Shown here piece by piece: positions 41,147 to 51,628 of a stretch of 63,325 nucleotides of DNA (positions within the stretch are counted from its first letter, which is position 1; each line of letters begins with the position of its first letter). The stretch lies in contig JBJOKS010000028.1 of assembly GCA_046045965.1 (NCBI GenBank), positions 1-63,325 of the forward strand, read 5' to 3'. The DNA is from Cyanobacteriota bacterium (lineage in GTDB: Bacteria; Cyanobacteriota; Cyanobacteriia; Cyanobacteriales; Nostocaceae). The notes beneath the pieces were generated by a model that searched no databases, was not told the DNA's origin, and worked only from the letters and a program-made list of their open reading frames with translations. The position numbers were made by a program, and so were the translations under genes.

Positions 41147-41338
41147 TTATGCTAAATTACTAATTGGGTAAGAGGGAACAGGGAACAGGGAAAAAATTTT
41201 TAATTTTCTAGTTTTTTAATAAGACTAATAATCATTCTGCTTTCTTCTTTTAATAAGTTAAGAATCATTCCTAAATCATGTTCATCTTCAACTAATAACA
41301 ATCGCATAAGTAAAAATCACCAATTACCGATTACCCAA

Positions 41339-41800
41339 TTATGGTAAATACTTCTGCACTACAGTCCAACCGGTGAGAGATACCCAAACAAAACCCACAA
41401 ATAAAATCATATTCAAACTAATGTGTAAAGGTCTAGCCCAAATTTTTCCCAGACTAATTTGAGTCGCGCTGAAAGCAGATATTAAAACTAAAACTACGAC
41501 TATCAAACCAGCAAATAAATGTGAAGAATGACCTAAAGAACCAAAATGTCCTAAAGTACCAACAATGCCGATCGCTAAAAGTAGCAGCACTAAACTAACC
41601 ATAGTGATGCCAATAGTATAATGAGATGTTTTGACTATGTTATTGACCCTTGGTAATACGACACCGATGGGAGAACGTCCAGTATTTCTAACTTGCCATA
41701 ACCAAAAACCAGACATTGCTAAAATAGCATAAGCTAAGATTGACAAACCCATAGACCAAGCGGCTATTTTCCATAACCATAAAAAAGAAGGTAAATGCAT
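41339..41800 (-). CDS. Membrane protein (DUF4079-like)
   Basis: Four TM segments with conserved His (HYTIG, HLFAG, RPLH). Confidence 0.75.
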   Translation of the reverse strand: MHLPSFLWLWKIAAWSMGLSILAYAILAMSGFWLWQVRNTGRSPIGVVLPRVNNIVKTSHYTIGITMVSLVLLLLAIGIVGTLGHFGSLGHSSHLFAGLIVVVLVLISAFSATQISLGKIWARPLHISLNMILFVGFVWVSLTGWTVVQKYLP

Positions 41801-41804
41801 AATT

Positions 41805-44800
41805 TCAGTTATTAATGAAAGTTATAGACTGATTACGTCCCCGTTGTTTAGCACGGTAGAGCGCCTGATCTGCTTGTTCTATCAGCTCTGCTGCTGATAG
41901 TTCAGAAGCAGGTATGATGGTGGAGATACCAAGACTAATAGTAACAGTATTGCTGACTTCCGAGGCTTGATGAGGAATGGCTAATGTTTGAATAGCAGCG
42001 TGAATTTTGTGTGCAACAGCGATCGCTCCTTCAACATTAGTATTAGCTAAAATAACCACAAATTCTTCCCCACCATAGCGAGCTACCAAATCTGCTGGAC
42101 GACATACCACCTGCTGCACCGCTTGAGCAATTTTGATCAAGCAATCATCCCCTAATTGATGACCGTAATAATCGTTATAACGTTTAAAATAATCAACATC
42201 AAATAATAGCAGAGATAAAAATTGCTGTTCTCGATAGTGCCGCAGCCATTCTTGTTCTAAGCGATGATCAAAACAACGACGATTGGCAATTTGAGTTAAC
42301 CCATCAGTATTTACCAGTTGTTCCAGTTCTTGATTTGCTAGTCTGAGGTTATATTCTGCTTCCTGCAAAGCTAATGCTGCCTGTTTGCGTTCGCTCACAT
42401 CTAACACAACACCATAATATGCAATTTCTCCATTTTCCCGCAGTTCAGGTCTAGAATTGGCTTTTATCCACTTGAGTTTTCCTGAAGGGGTAATAATGCG
42501 CCATTCATAGTTAAAAGGAGACATAGTTTCCATGCTGTAAGCCACTGCTTCTAGATAACCAGCGACATCATCAGGATGAAACTGCTCAAAACAGAGATTG
42601 GGATTTTCTAGCACTTGTTCAACAGTAATTTCATGAATATCCTCAAACGCACGACTCATATATTCGTAGTACCAAGAGCCGTCTAACCGCCTGACCGTAA
42701 TATAAATTACTCCTGGCGAAGATGCAGAAATCTCTTTTAAACGTTTTTCGCTTTCCAGTAAGGCCAATTCTGCTTTTTTGCGTTTACTAATATCTGTCAC
42801 TCGCACTAAATCAATAATTTTACCAGCTATATTGATGCGCTTTACCGCCAAATTACCCCAGAAACTATGGCCTTTTTTAGTAATATATTCTACTTCTCGA
42901 CTCCAAAAGCCTAAATTAGCTACATCGTCAACAATCATCACCATTTCATCATCAGTAAATCTCTGTTTTTGGAAATTCTGTCCATTAGTACCAATCAGTT
43001 CTTCTTTACTGGCGACTTCAAATATTTCCACAGCGCGACGATTGCAATCAAGAATTAACGGATTGGGAACATCAACGAGAAAAATTGCATCGGTAGATTC
43101 GTTATAAATAGCTTCTCTAAAATCTCGACTTTTCCTTAATTCTAACTCTGCTTGTTTGCGATCAGTTATATCTTGAGATGTTCCTAAAGTTTGTTTGACA
43201 CGACCATCGGCAGTTCTGTAAAACACCTGATCTCGACTATAAAGCCAACGCCATTCTCCTTGAGCATCTTTAACACGATATTCTATTTCAATTAATTCAT
43301 GATCTTGCAAACTAGCACACTTTTGAATCGCTGCATAGACTCGATTTAGATCATCGGGATGACAGATAATAGGATACAAGTTAGCTCCCATTTCCTGAAT
43401 AGCTTCCGCCGAATAGCCTAATATTTCGGCAACAGAAGGATTTATGTAAACATTACGCTGTTCGATATGGTCGTAAATATAAAGTAGATTTGGCGTTAGT
43501 TCTGTAATTCGTTCAATAAAATGCTGACTCTCGCGCAATTGCTCTTCTGCTTGTTTGCGTAATCTCAGTTCCTCGTAAAGATCGCTAACATCTTTCATGA
43601 CGCCAATCACACAATCTTGACCATTCAAACATTCCACCCTAGCTGACATGAGAACTGTCTTGATTTGTTTTGAGTAAGTGCGAATTACAATTTTAAAATT
43701 TTGGATAATTCTTTTATTAATTAGCGAATGTCTGAAGTGGTGAAAATCCTCTATATTTTCCCACAATTGCAATTCTATACAAGTTTTTCCAATGATATTT
43801 TCTTGGATATCTTCCCAAAAATGGCAAAAACTTTCATTAACATTTAATAATCTTCCTTCCGAGAATGTGGCAATCCAAACAGGATCAGGAGTGGTATGGA
43901 AAATGGTCGAAAATTTGGTTTCCGATTCCTGAAAGGTTTTTTTGATTTGAGCAGACATCTGATTAAATGATGTTGCTAAAACTTTCAATTCAGCAATTTT
44001 GATATCTTCAGATAATGGTTCTTGCCATTGACCTTGTGCTAAATTTTGACTAGCTTGACTTAATCGCAAAATTGGTTTAGTTATCCAGTATGCAGTTAGG
44101 CTACCTGTACCAACAGTAATGATTAAAGCCAAAGCACAAAGTACAATAGTTTGGTTAGCATTAGCTTGAATTTCTGACATAAATTCCGATTCGGGAATCA
44201 CTGTCACCACTAGCCAATCTAAACCATATTTAGCCCGGTATGGTTTAACTTTCACAAAGGGTTTTTGCTTTAAATTAGAGTCTAAATTAGGGCGGAAACT
44301 TTCAGGAGTAGAAATAGCTTGTAAACTACCAAACTGTTGAATTAAATCTTTTGTAACTTCGCGGATCACAGGTTCACGACTATTTACAGCTTTCAGTCGT
44401 GTAGCTTGTCCATTAATTATTGGTGCTGGTGATTCATTTTTAGAACTAGCAACAATTAACCCAGAACGTTCGATAATAAAAATATGACCGGATCTACTGC
44501 TATGAAGTGTTTTCAGAAATTGACTGATTTGATTTAATTCTAAATCTATACCGAGTACACCTAGCAATTTTTTCTGTTGATCATAGACAGGAGTGCTGGC
44601 TGAAATACTGATGCGATCAGGTAAACCGCCCCATGTATAAATAGAACTCCAGACAGGCTTACCTGCCTTAACTGCATCTAAATACCAGGCAAAATCAGCA
44701 AATTGAGGATTTTTGAGGGTAGATACTAAAGATAGCCTATTAACCTGTTTATCTACTGAGTAAAAGCGGAATTTGCTTTGGTCAGATAAGGGAATTTCTC

Positions 44801-45212
44801 CAATTTCTAACTTATTACCCAGTCCATAACCCGCACCAATAAAGCCTCCCTTTTCACTACCAAAGTTAACATAAGCAAAATTGAAAGCTTGCACCTGACG
44901 ATAAAAATATTTTCCCAAGGTGTTAAAATCATTCAAGTCTAAAATTCCTGACTCAAAGGCATCTACATTGATGCGGTTGATTTCCTGGGCTTTGCCTAAA
45001 TAACTATCTAGATGTTGATCAATGCGATCGCCCACCTCTATGATTAATTGATCTGCCAGTTTCTCTACAGCTTCCTGTCCGCTATGGTAGGACAAATAAC
45101 CCACCAGTGTCACAACTCCCACTGTTTGCAAAACAAATGGCACAATTAACAGGATTCTTAGCTGTAAATTGGTGAATGTACGGGTGATCCAGTTGGCAGA
45201 GAGATATATCAT
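41805..45212 (-). CDS. Diguanylate cyclase with Cache, HAMP and multiple PAS domains
   Basis: TM-Cache-TM-HAMP, PAS repeats (HPDD), GGEEF with RPAD I-site. Confidence 0.92.
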   Translation of the reverse strand: MIYLSANWITRTFTNLQLRILLIVPFVLQTVGVVTLVGYLSYHSGQEAVEKLADQLIIEVGDRIDQHLDSYLGKAQEINRINVDAFESGILDLNDFNTLGKYFYRQVQAFNFAYVNFGSEKGGFIGAGYGLGNKLEIGEIPLSDQSKFRFYSVDKQVNRLSLVSTLKNPQFADFAWYLDAVKAGKPVWSSIYTWGGLPDRISISASTPVYDQQKKLLGVLGIDLELNQISQFLKTLHSSRSGHIFIIERSGLIVASSKNESPAPIINGQATRLKAVNSREPVIREVTKDLIQQFGSLQAISTPESFRPNLDSNLKQKPFVKVKPYRAKYGLDWLVVTVIPESEFMSEIQANANQTIVLCALALIITVGTGSLTAYWITKPILRLSQASQNLAQGQWQEPLSEDIKIAELKVLATSFNQMSAQIKKTFQESETKFSTIFHTTPDPVWIATFSEGRLLNVNESFCHFWEDIQENIIGKTCIELQLWENIEDFHHFRHSLINKRIIQNFKIVIRTYSKQIKTVLMSARVECLNGQDCVIGVMKDVSDLYEELRLRKQAEEQLRESQHFIERITELTPNLLYIYDHIEQRNVYINPSVAEILGYSAEAIQEMGANLYPIICHPDDLNRVYAAIQKCASLQDHELIEIEYRVKDAQGEWRWLYSRDQVFYRTADGRVKQTLGTSQDITDRKQAELELRKSRDFREAIYNESTDAIFLVDVPNPLILDCNRRAVEIFEVASKEELIGTNGQNFQKQRFTDDEMVMIVDDVANLGFWSREVEYITKKGHSFWGNLAVKRINIAGKIIDLVRVTDISKRKKAELALLESEKRLKEISASSPGVIYITVRRLDGSWYYEYMSRAFEDIHEITVEQVLENPNLCFEQFHPDDVAGYLEAVAYSMETMSPFNYEWRIITPSGKLKWIKANSRPELRENGEIAYYGVVLDVSERKQAALALQEAEYNLRLANQELEQLVNTDGLTQIANRRCFDHRLEQEWLRHYREQQFLSLLLFDVDYFKRYNDYYGHQLGDDCLIKIAQAVQQVVCRPADLVARYGGEEFVVILANTNVEGAIAVAHKIHAAIQTLAIPHQASEVSNTVTISLGISTIIPASELSAAELIEQADQALYRAKQRGRNQSITFINN

Positions 45213-45275
45213 ATTCCAAGTACCGAGATACTTGATTCTAATGTAAACTCTGACAGAAATGATTAACGACTAAAC

Positions 45276-45303
45276 AAAAAAGGCTGCTGAGTTCAGCAAC
45301 CCT
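45276..45303 (-). terminator. Probable intrinsic terminator of the DUF1830 gene
   Basis: Stem GGCTGCTGA/TCAGCAACC with an A-run on + (U-run on -). Confidence 0.5.
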
Positions 45304-45388
45304 CAAAGTAAATAAAAGTGTTTTTTTAATCACCGGATGCTAATCCAGAAATTTTTGCAAGTCTACGAATTTCCAACATTCCCAGAGT

Positions 45389-45823
45389 TTACACTCCCAG
45401 GTTCAACAAAAACTCATGCTGTGACTGGTAGGTTTTCATGGTAGCAGTGATATTTTTTAAAGGTTTTGTGGTATCTTCAATTTTTGTATGAATTTCGGAC
45501 ACCATCACATTGGTGTTTGTAGCTTTTATTGCTGCTGTTGAGTCTTGATCACCCTCATCACTGCTGGGTTCGCTGAGTGCAAGGCGATCGCATGGTATGG
45601 TATCTGATAAAATCGCACTGGCCATCATTCCTGTATGAATCTCCATCTGAGCTTCTTTCGAGGCTTCAAAAACCAGCCTTTGTCCAGGAAATACTACCCT
45701 TTCAAAGTACCAGTTAGGAATATTGGTAATACGAGCCACCTGTATTTTACTCGTGGCATTGACGTAGCAGCAGAGAATTTTCCCCGATTGCTCCGGTGGT
45801 AGAGAATCTAATATTTGAGCCAT
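45389..45823 (-). CDS. DUF1830 domain protein
   Basis: MAQILD..CCYVNATS..WYFERVVFPGQRLVFEA..DTIPC. Confidence 0.85.
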   Translation of the reverse strand: MAQILDSLPPEQSGKILCCYVNATSKIQVARITNIPNWYFERVVFPGQRLVFEASKEAQMEIHTGMMASAILSDTIPCDRLALSEPSSDEGDQDSTAAIKATNTNVMVSEIHTKIEDTTKPLKNITATMKTYQSQHEFLLNLGV

Positions 45824-45868
45824 AACTGCTGAGGAGCTTTTACGCCACAATTTTACATTACACAACCA

Positions 45869-45911
45869 AAGCTAACATCGGATGATCCCCATTTGCTGTA
45901 ACTCCGACTAC
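45869..45911 (-). promoter_or_regulatory. Candidate NtcA-activated promoter of the DUF1830 gene
   Basis: GTA-ACTCCGAC-TAC at 45898-45911; TAGCTT (TAN3T) on - strand 23 nt downstream. Confidence 0.55.
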
Positions 45912-46161
45912 CAACTGCAATTTTCTGCATTATTTCTATCTAAAGTTATGTTTCGTTTTGTATCAGGAGTCAGGAGGCAGGAGTCAGGAGGCAGGAGTCA
46001 GGAGTTAAAATCAAACAATAAGTAAGGGTTTAGCAGTGCTAAACCCCTACCAGTTTTTGATTATCATATTCATGATAAGATAGTTCTTCCTTATCCATTT
46101 CATCATAACAAATCTAAAATGTTTTGTCAACCCCTAAATACTATTTTTTTGGCGCTTTTAT

Positions 46162-46506
46162 CAGAATCAGGATTTTCAGGATTACAGGATTTTCATGATG
46201 GGAGAAGAATTAAAAATTAGAAGTTAAAAATTAAAAATCTGCGTTTATCTGCGTTTATCTGCGTTCAATTATCTAACTTTTCCAAATCAGTATATAAATA
46301 ACTATCAAGAAACAAAATAGGTAATGGGTAATGGGTAATTGGTAAATTACATCCTGTAAATCCTCAAATCCTGGACATCCTGATTCAGACAATTAATAAA
46401 GTGCGTTAAACTATTAAAAATTCAACGCACCCTAATAAACCATCCTGTACATCCTAAAATCCTGGACATCCTGATATGGCTAACGCCACGCTTCGCTATC
46501 AGACAA
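46162..46506. repeat. Cluster of ATCCTG-type repeat arms (same family as 8693-8932), an ATCTGCGTTT trimer and STRR
   Basis: Arms at 46162-46199, 46350-46393 and 46441-46506. Confidence 0.75.
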
Positions 46507-46509
46507 ATA

Positions 46510-47118
46510 TTAAACCACAGTCTCCACAGGATTAATAACAAGTTTCTTTGCCGCTAAACGCTTTTTAGCTTGTCTCATCAACCCTAGAACAAATAGAGAA
46601 CCGAATGTGGCCATAGCTTGACCTGCGGGAGTGTCGAAGGGAACTGCTGCTGCTGAAGCTGTACCACTGAAGCTGCCGAAATTAGAGGTAGTACCATACA
46701 GCGTTCCGAAATTAGGCTGGAAAGTAAGAAAATTCCCAGCATTGTTGAAATCAATTGATCCGCCCAATGGACCGCCGCCACCACCTCCGAATCTCACGAA
46801 GCGATCGCTACCAGCAGTGGTGATCGCTACCAGAACATTAGCTACTGGAGTGGCTATATTTGCGTTCGTAAAGGTGTTTGCACCGAAAGTAAAGGAAAAG
46901 TCAAAGTTAGTTAAAGATGTAAGGGCAAAAGTTCCATTACCGGGATCTCCATCAAAAACAAAAGTTCCCGTTCCCACAATAGGGGGGGTTACAGTGCCGT
47001 CGTCAGTATTATCAAATTGAAAATTAAATACCAAAGCTTGCGCTGGAGATGCACCACTAACCACCATACCAGCAACAGCACCACCAACCACTAAGGGCAA
47101 AATACGAGATAATTTCAT
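46510..47118 (-). CDS. Secreted protein with a PEP-CTERM-like (VPFD) sorting signal
   Basis: Signal peptide SPAQA; C-terminal VPFDTP + TM helix + basic RQAKKR. Confidence 0.75.
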   Translation of the reverse strand: MKLSRILPLVVGGAVAGMVVSGASPAQALVFNFQFDNTDDGTVTPPIVGTGTFVFDGDPGNGTFALTSLTNFDFSFTFGANTFTNANIATPVANVLVAITTAGSDRFVRFGGGGGGPLGGSIDFNNAGNFLTFQPNFGTLYGTTSNFGSFSGTASAAAVPFDTPAGQAMATFGSLFVLGLMRQAKKRLAAKKLVINPVETVV

Positions 47119-47477
47119 AACCTTGTCCTTTATTTTCTTGTTTGCAAATAACATCAGTCAGGTGTCCAGAAAACAACTTGAACACTCAAGCATTGGAACA
47201 TCAACTGCATTGTAAAAAAAAACAACAAGTTTGTCTAGTATATTTACGTAACCTTTCTATAAATATTTATGAATATTTATAAATATCTATGAATATTTAT
47301 GATGATTATTTCGTTGTGCTTCACATCACTTCACAGTAGTAGCAATAGAGCAAGCATTTTTTGGAGGTGAGTTAAATTACGGTTATAAGAAACCGCCTCA
47401 TTCAATAAGTCGAGCAAAATAAAATTAAATATTGGTAAAGTAATATTAAGCCCAAAAATCCCCTAAAAACTGGCAAG

Positions 47478-49070
47478 ATGGCAGTTGAAACAACTATGAT
47501 GGAAAATCGCATCCTCTATGTTCGCCTTCCTTGTAACCCCATCTTTCCTATTGGGGTTGTTTACCTGAGTGATCACGTCCACAAGCAGTTTCCTGATATT
47601 GAACAGCGAATTTTCGACTTAGGCACAGTTCCACCTTTAGATTATGCCACTGCTCTAGATCGTTGTATTGATGAATTTAAACCCACACTCCTAGTCTTTT
47701 CTTGGCGAGATATCCAAATCTATGCACCTGTAGGCGGACGGGGCGGAAACCCGCTACAAAACGCCTTTGAATTTTACTATGCCAAAAACCCATTCATCAA
47801 ATTACGTGGTGCATTAGGCGGTTTAAGAATCTTCATCGCTTACTATGTAGAGCTATGGCGTAACTTGGGATTAGTGAAACGCGGTTTAAAACGCGCCCAA
47901 AAATATCATACCCAAGCCCGTGCAGTTGTTGGTGGTGGTGCTGTCAGTGTATTTTATGAACAGTTAGGAAAAAGTCTACCCGCAGGAACAATTATTTCCG
48001 TGGGTGAAGGAGAAACCCTGCTGACAAAATTCCTGGGTGGTGTAGAATTTCGGGATGAACGCTGTTATGTGGTGGGAGAAAATACACCCCGTAAACGGCT
48101 GATCCATGAACAACCGACACCTTTAGAGAAAACTGCTTGTAACTACGACTATATCGAAACCATCTGGCCAGAAATTAATTATTACTTGCAAGATCAAGAT
48201 TTCTATGTCGGTGTACAAACCAAGCGCGGTTGTCCCCATAACTGCTGTTACTGTGTTTACACTGTAGTTGAAGGTAAGCAAGTCAGAATTAATCCCGCTG
48301 ATGAAGTTGTAGCCGAGATTCGCCAATTATATAATCGCGGTGTGCGTAACTTCTGGTTTACCGATGCTCAATTTATCCCCGCACGGAGATATATCAACGA
48401 TGCTATAGAACTATTACAAAAGATTGTCGATTCTGGCATGACAGATATCAACTGGGCAGCATATATTAGAGCAGACAACTTAACACCAGAGTTGTGTGAT
48501 TTGATGGCGAAAACCGGGATGAATTATTTTGAAATTGGTATTACCAGCGGTTCTCAGGAACTTGTACGCAAAATGCGGATGGGTTACAACCTGCGGACTG
48601 TCTTGCAAAACTGTCGTGATTTGAAAGCAGCTGGTTTTAATGATATGGTGTCTGTCAACTACTCATTTAATGTCATTGATGAGCGTCCTGAAACCATCCG
48701 CCAAACTATTGCTTATCACCGGGAACTGGAAAGAATTTTTGGCGCTGATAAAGTCGAACCTGCTATTTTCTTCATTGGACTACAACCCCATACCCATTTA
48801 GAAGAATATGCCTTTAAAGAAGGTATTCTCAAACCAGGGTATAATCCTATGAGTTTGATGCCCTGGACAGCTAAAAAACTCTTGTGGAACCCCGAACCAC
48901 TCGGTTCATTTTTCGGAGAAGTCTGTTTACAAGCTTGGCGACGTAACCCTAATGACTTCGGACGCGAAGTGATGAAAATTTTAGAAGAACGGTTGGGTTG
49001 TGCTGACTTGGAAGCAGCACTTTCAGCGCCAATAGAAAATACACAGAAACAATTAGCTGGTGTATCATAG
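47478..49070 (+). CDS. B12-binding radical SAM protein (PSII high-light acclimation family)
   Basis: RLPCNPIFPIG N-terminus; CPHNCCYC (CxxxCxxC). Confidence 0.85.
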   Translation: MAVETTMMENRILYVRLPCNPIFPIGVVYLSDHVHKQFPDIEQRIFDLGTVPPLDYATALDRCIDEFKPTLLVFSWRDIQIYAPVGGRGGNPLQNAFEFYYAKNPFIKLRGALGGLRIFIAYYVELWRNLGLVKRGLKRAQKYHTQARAVVGGGAVSVFYEQLGKSLPAGTIISVGEGETLLTKFLGGVEFRDERCYVVGENTPRKRLIHEQPTPLEKTACNYDYIETIWPEINYYLQDQDFYVGVQTKRGCPHNCCYCVYTVVEGKQVRINPADEVVAEIRQLYNRGVRNFWFTDAQFIPARRYINDAIELLQKIVDSGMTDINWAAYIRADNLTPELCDLMAKTGMNYFEIGITSGSQELVRKMRMGYNLRTVLQNCRDLKAAGFNDMVSVNYSFNVIDERPETIRQTIAYHRELERIFGADKVEPAIFFIGLQPHTHLEEYAFKEGILKPGYNPMSLMPWTAKKLLWNPEPLGSFFGEVCLQAWRRNPNDFGREVMKILEERLGCADLEAALSAPIENTQKQLAGVS

Positions 49071-49248
49071 AAAACAAAGGAAGATGGTACATTTTCAATA
49101 GACTTCTGGAACAATTATTTTTGGTGAAAGTTGGGAAAAGGTGTAAGAGTGAAGGAAAATTCTTCCGTTTTACCCTTTCCCAAACTTCTGTAAGAAGTCT
49201 AAACTTGAATTGTCCCCTTCCCATCTGCGGTTTTTTTTACCAAAACTC

Positions 49249-50631
49249 ATGTTACAAGGTTCAATTCTCCAAAAACTGGAAACAGCTTATCGCTATAGTA
49301 GTAGACCTATTCGCTTTGGAGTGTATTACAAAAATACTTTGGTTGCTCTGTGTCACGCTTTGGAAGACCATATTTTAAATAAAGAAGATCAACCGATAGT
49401 AATTACCTGCTTTCAAAGAGGTAAATGGTATCTGCAAGAAGCCGAAAGATATGCAGATATTGCCAAATGTAGCCGGGATATTGCGATTATGGCTACTGAT
49501 GATGCTGGTTTTGCAGAACATCCTACCAGTCAACTAGCGAATGTAGATTTAGTGGGACTGCAAACAGCTGATCCCTTAGCTCATGAATGGCATTTGATTA
49601 TTCTTTCTCCTAAATACACATCAATGGTAATTTGTCAAGAATTATCACATGAAGATTATGGAATTGGAGGACTACCAGAGTCAGATTTGGAACGTAAATT
49701 TTATGGAATGTGGACATTTGAGCCAGATTTAGTGGTAAAAGCCGCAGAGTTGGCGATCGCTCACATTGCCACATATAACCCAGAATTAGCTCAAAAACTC
49801 ACAGATCACAAACAAGCAATTCAAACAGAAATTGCTGCACCAGAAGAAATTGGTGCAGTTGTCTCCCGTGTCATTGACTACCTAAAAACAGGTGAAAATA
49901 CTTTATCTTCACCCACAAGCACAGGTAAAAATTCTCTGAGTCGCAACTTGGTTTCCAACGAAGTCCAGGCATTTTTGCGGATGGCACAACTGATGGACAT
50001 AGCAGATATCCATAATCCTATGGCCGCAGCAGAAGTAGCAGCGATCGCTGAAACAATGGGACAACTGCTAGACTTACCAGCATGGCAAATTAAAAGATTA
50101 CGTCTAGCTGGGTTACTACACCGTATCGATCCACTTCAACAAACCGAAAGCATCCTCCCAGCAGGAGCAGCCACCACTGATCACGAAGAAGCACCTAGCT
50201 GTCTTCTAGTTCCAGGGGCGCAGGTATTACGAACAATGCCCCAACTACGAGCCGTAGCCCAAATTATCACCCATCAAACCGAGTGGTGGAATGGTTCTGG
50301 AGAACCAGCAGGTTTAGCTGGGGAAGAAATTCCCTTAGAATCAAGAATTTTGGCATTAACGGCAGACTTCCAATGGCGAGTTAGTCAGCAAAAATACTCA
50401 GATCAAAGTGGACAAGATATATTTGCTCAGGCCCTTGAGCAATGCCGAAAGCAACAATCTACCCGCTTTGACCCTAAACTAATAGAAACCCTAACTTTGT
50501 TAGTCATGGGTTTACAACAGGGACTTGATTTATCGATTATGACACCCAAATTCAGTAGTAGCATGTGGTTACTTGATTCCCGTTGGCACAGCCACAGCAA
50601 AAGTAGTGAGACAATCAGTTATCCCAAATGA
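49249..50631 (+). CDS. DICT sensory domain + degenerate HD-GYP protein
   Basis: KNTLVALCHALED..FQ..RY DICT; LLHRID and HQTEWWNGSGEPAGL. Confidence 0.82.
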   Translation: MLQGSILQKLETAYRYSSRPIRFGVYYKNTLVALCHALEDHILNKEDQPIVITCFQRGKWYLQEAERYADIAKCSRDIAIMATDDAGFAEHPTSQLANVDLVGLQTADPLAHEWHLIILSPKYTSMVICQELSHEDYGIGGLPESDLERKFYGMWTFEPDLVVKAAELAIAHIATYNPELAQKLTDHKQAIQTEIAAPEEIGAVVSRVIDYLKTGENTLSSPTSTGKNSLSRNLVSNEVQAFLRMAQLMDIADIHNPMAAAEVAAIAETMGQLLDLPAWQIKRLRLAGLLHRIDPLQQTESILPAGAATTDHEEAPSCLLVPGAQVLRTMPQLRAVAQIITHQTEWWNGSGEPAGLAGEEIPLESRILALTADFQWRVSQQKYSDQSGQDIFAQALEQCRKQQSTRFDPKLIETLTLLVMGLQQGLDLSIMTPKFSSSMWLLDSRWHSHSKSSETISYPK

Positions 50632-51269
50632 ATATTGAAGCCATTAGATTAGGAAAAATTAAACAACTCCCTGGAGCAGACTTAGAAGACGAGGATCTAT
50701 CCCAAATAGATTTAAGCCGCATTAACTTAGCAGGTTCTAACTTGGTTGGTACTAATTTTACAGGTTCTAAACTCGAAGGCGCACATTTTGAAGGTGCAAA
50801 TTTAATGGGAGCTAACCTGCAAGAAACTGACTTGCGAGCTAACCTCATGGGAGCAAACTTGATGCAAGCAGATTTAACCAGTGCGGACTTGCGGGGTGCT
50901 AATTTGCGGGGTGCTAACTTAATGGGTGCTATACTCAACGATGCCTGTTTAGCAGGTGCTTTCTTGAATGGTGCTAATTTGATGAATGTGAACTTGCAAG
51001 GTGTTGACTTTCGAGGTGCTGACTTACGTGGTGCTAACCTGATAGGAGCAAATCTTAAAGGTGCAGATTTGAGTCGCGCTGATCTGCAAGGGGCATTATT
51101 AACTCAAACCAATCTTGAAGAAGCCGATTTACGAGGAGCTAACTTAGCAGGAGCGAATTTAACCGGGTCTAATTTACTTTGTTCAGAATTAGAAACTGCA
51201 AATTTAATCGGTGCAAATTTAGACCAGACTTGTCTGGTGGGTACAATTCTGGAAATTTCTCCTGAATAA
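50628..51269 (+). CDS. Pentapeptide repeat protein
   Basis: A(D/N)Lxx repeats throughout; ATGA overlap with the upstream gene. Confidence 0.92.
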   Translation: MNIEAIRLGKIKQLPGADLEDEDLSQIDLSRINLAGSNLVGTNFTGSKLEGAHFEGANLMGANLQETDLRANLMGANLMQADLTSADLRGANLRGANLMGAILNDACLAGAFLNGANLMNVNLQGVDFRGADLRGANLIGANLKGADLSRADLQGALLTQTNLEEADLRGANLAGANLTGSNLLCSELETANLIGANLDQTCLVGTILEISPE

Positions 51270-51464
51270 TTTTAGTTGAATATGAATTTAATTTCAGGTC
51301 AGCTTCTACTTTGACTCACCAATCACTAGCCAAAACAGATGTTTCTATATATATTATGAATGATTCATTTAGTCGCATCCAAGAATGGCTCACAGTATTT
51401 GCTTATTTAGCCTTTACTGGGTTGATTATTTGGCGAGTTTTTGCTGCTCAAACAAAATAAATAA

Positions 51465-51549
51465 TACAGCAGGAGTCAGGAGTAAAACAGGCGAATGTGT
51501 CTAGGTTTAAATTTTGATTCTGTACCTCATTGATCTGCAATTTGTTATA
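51465..51549. repeat. Second copy of the TACAGCAG element
   Basis: Shares TACAGCAGGAGTCAGGAGT and TTCTGTACxTCATTGATCTGCAAT with 20682-20772. Confidence 0.6.
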
Positions 51550-51628
51550 AATCAGTGTCTAGTTTCCTAATTGCTAGACAAACTACTTTGAATATAAACT
51601 CAACACATTGGTATTAAGGAAAATTAAA

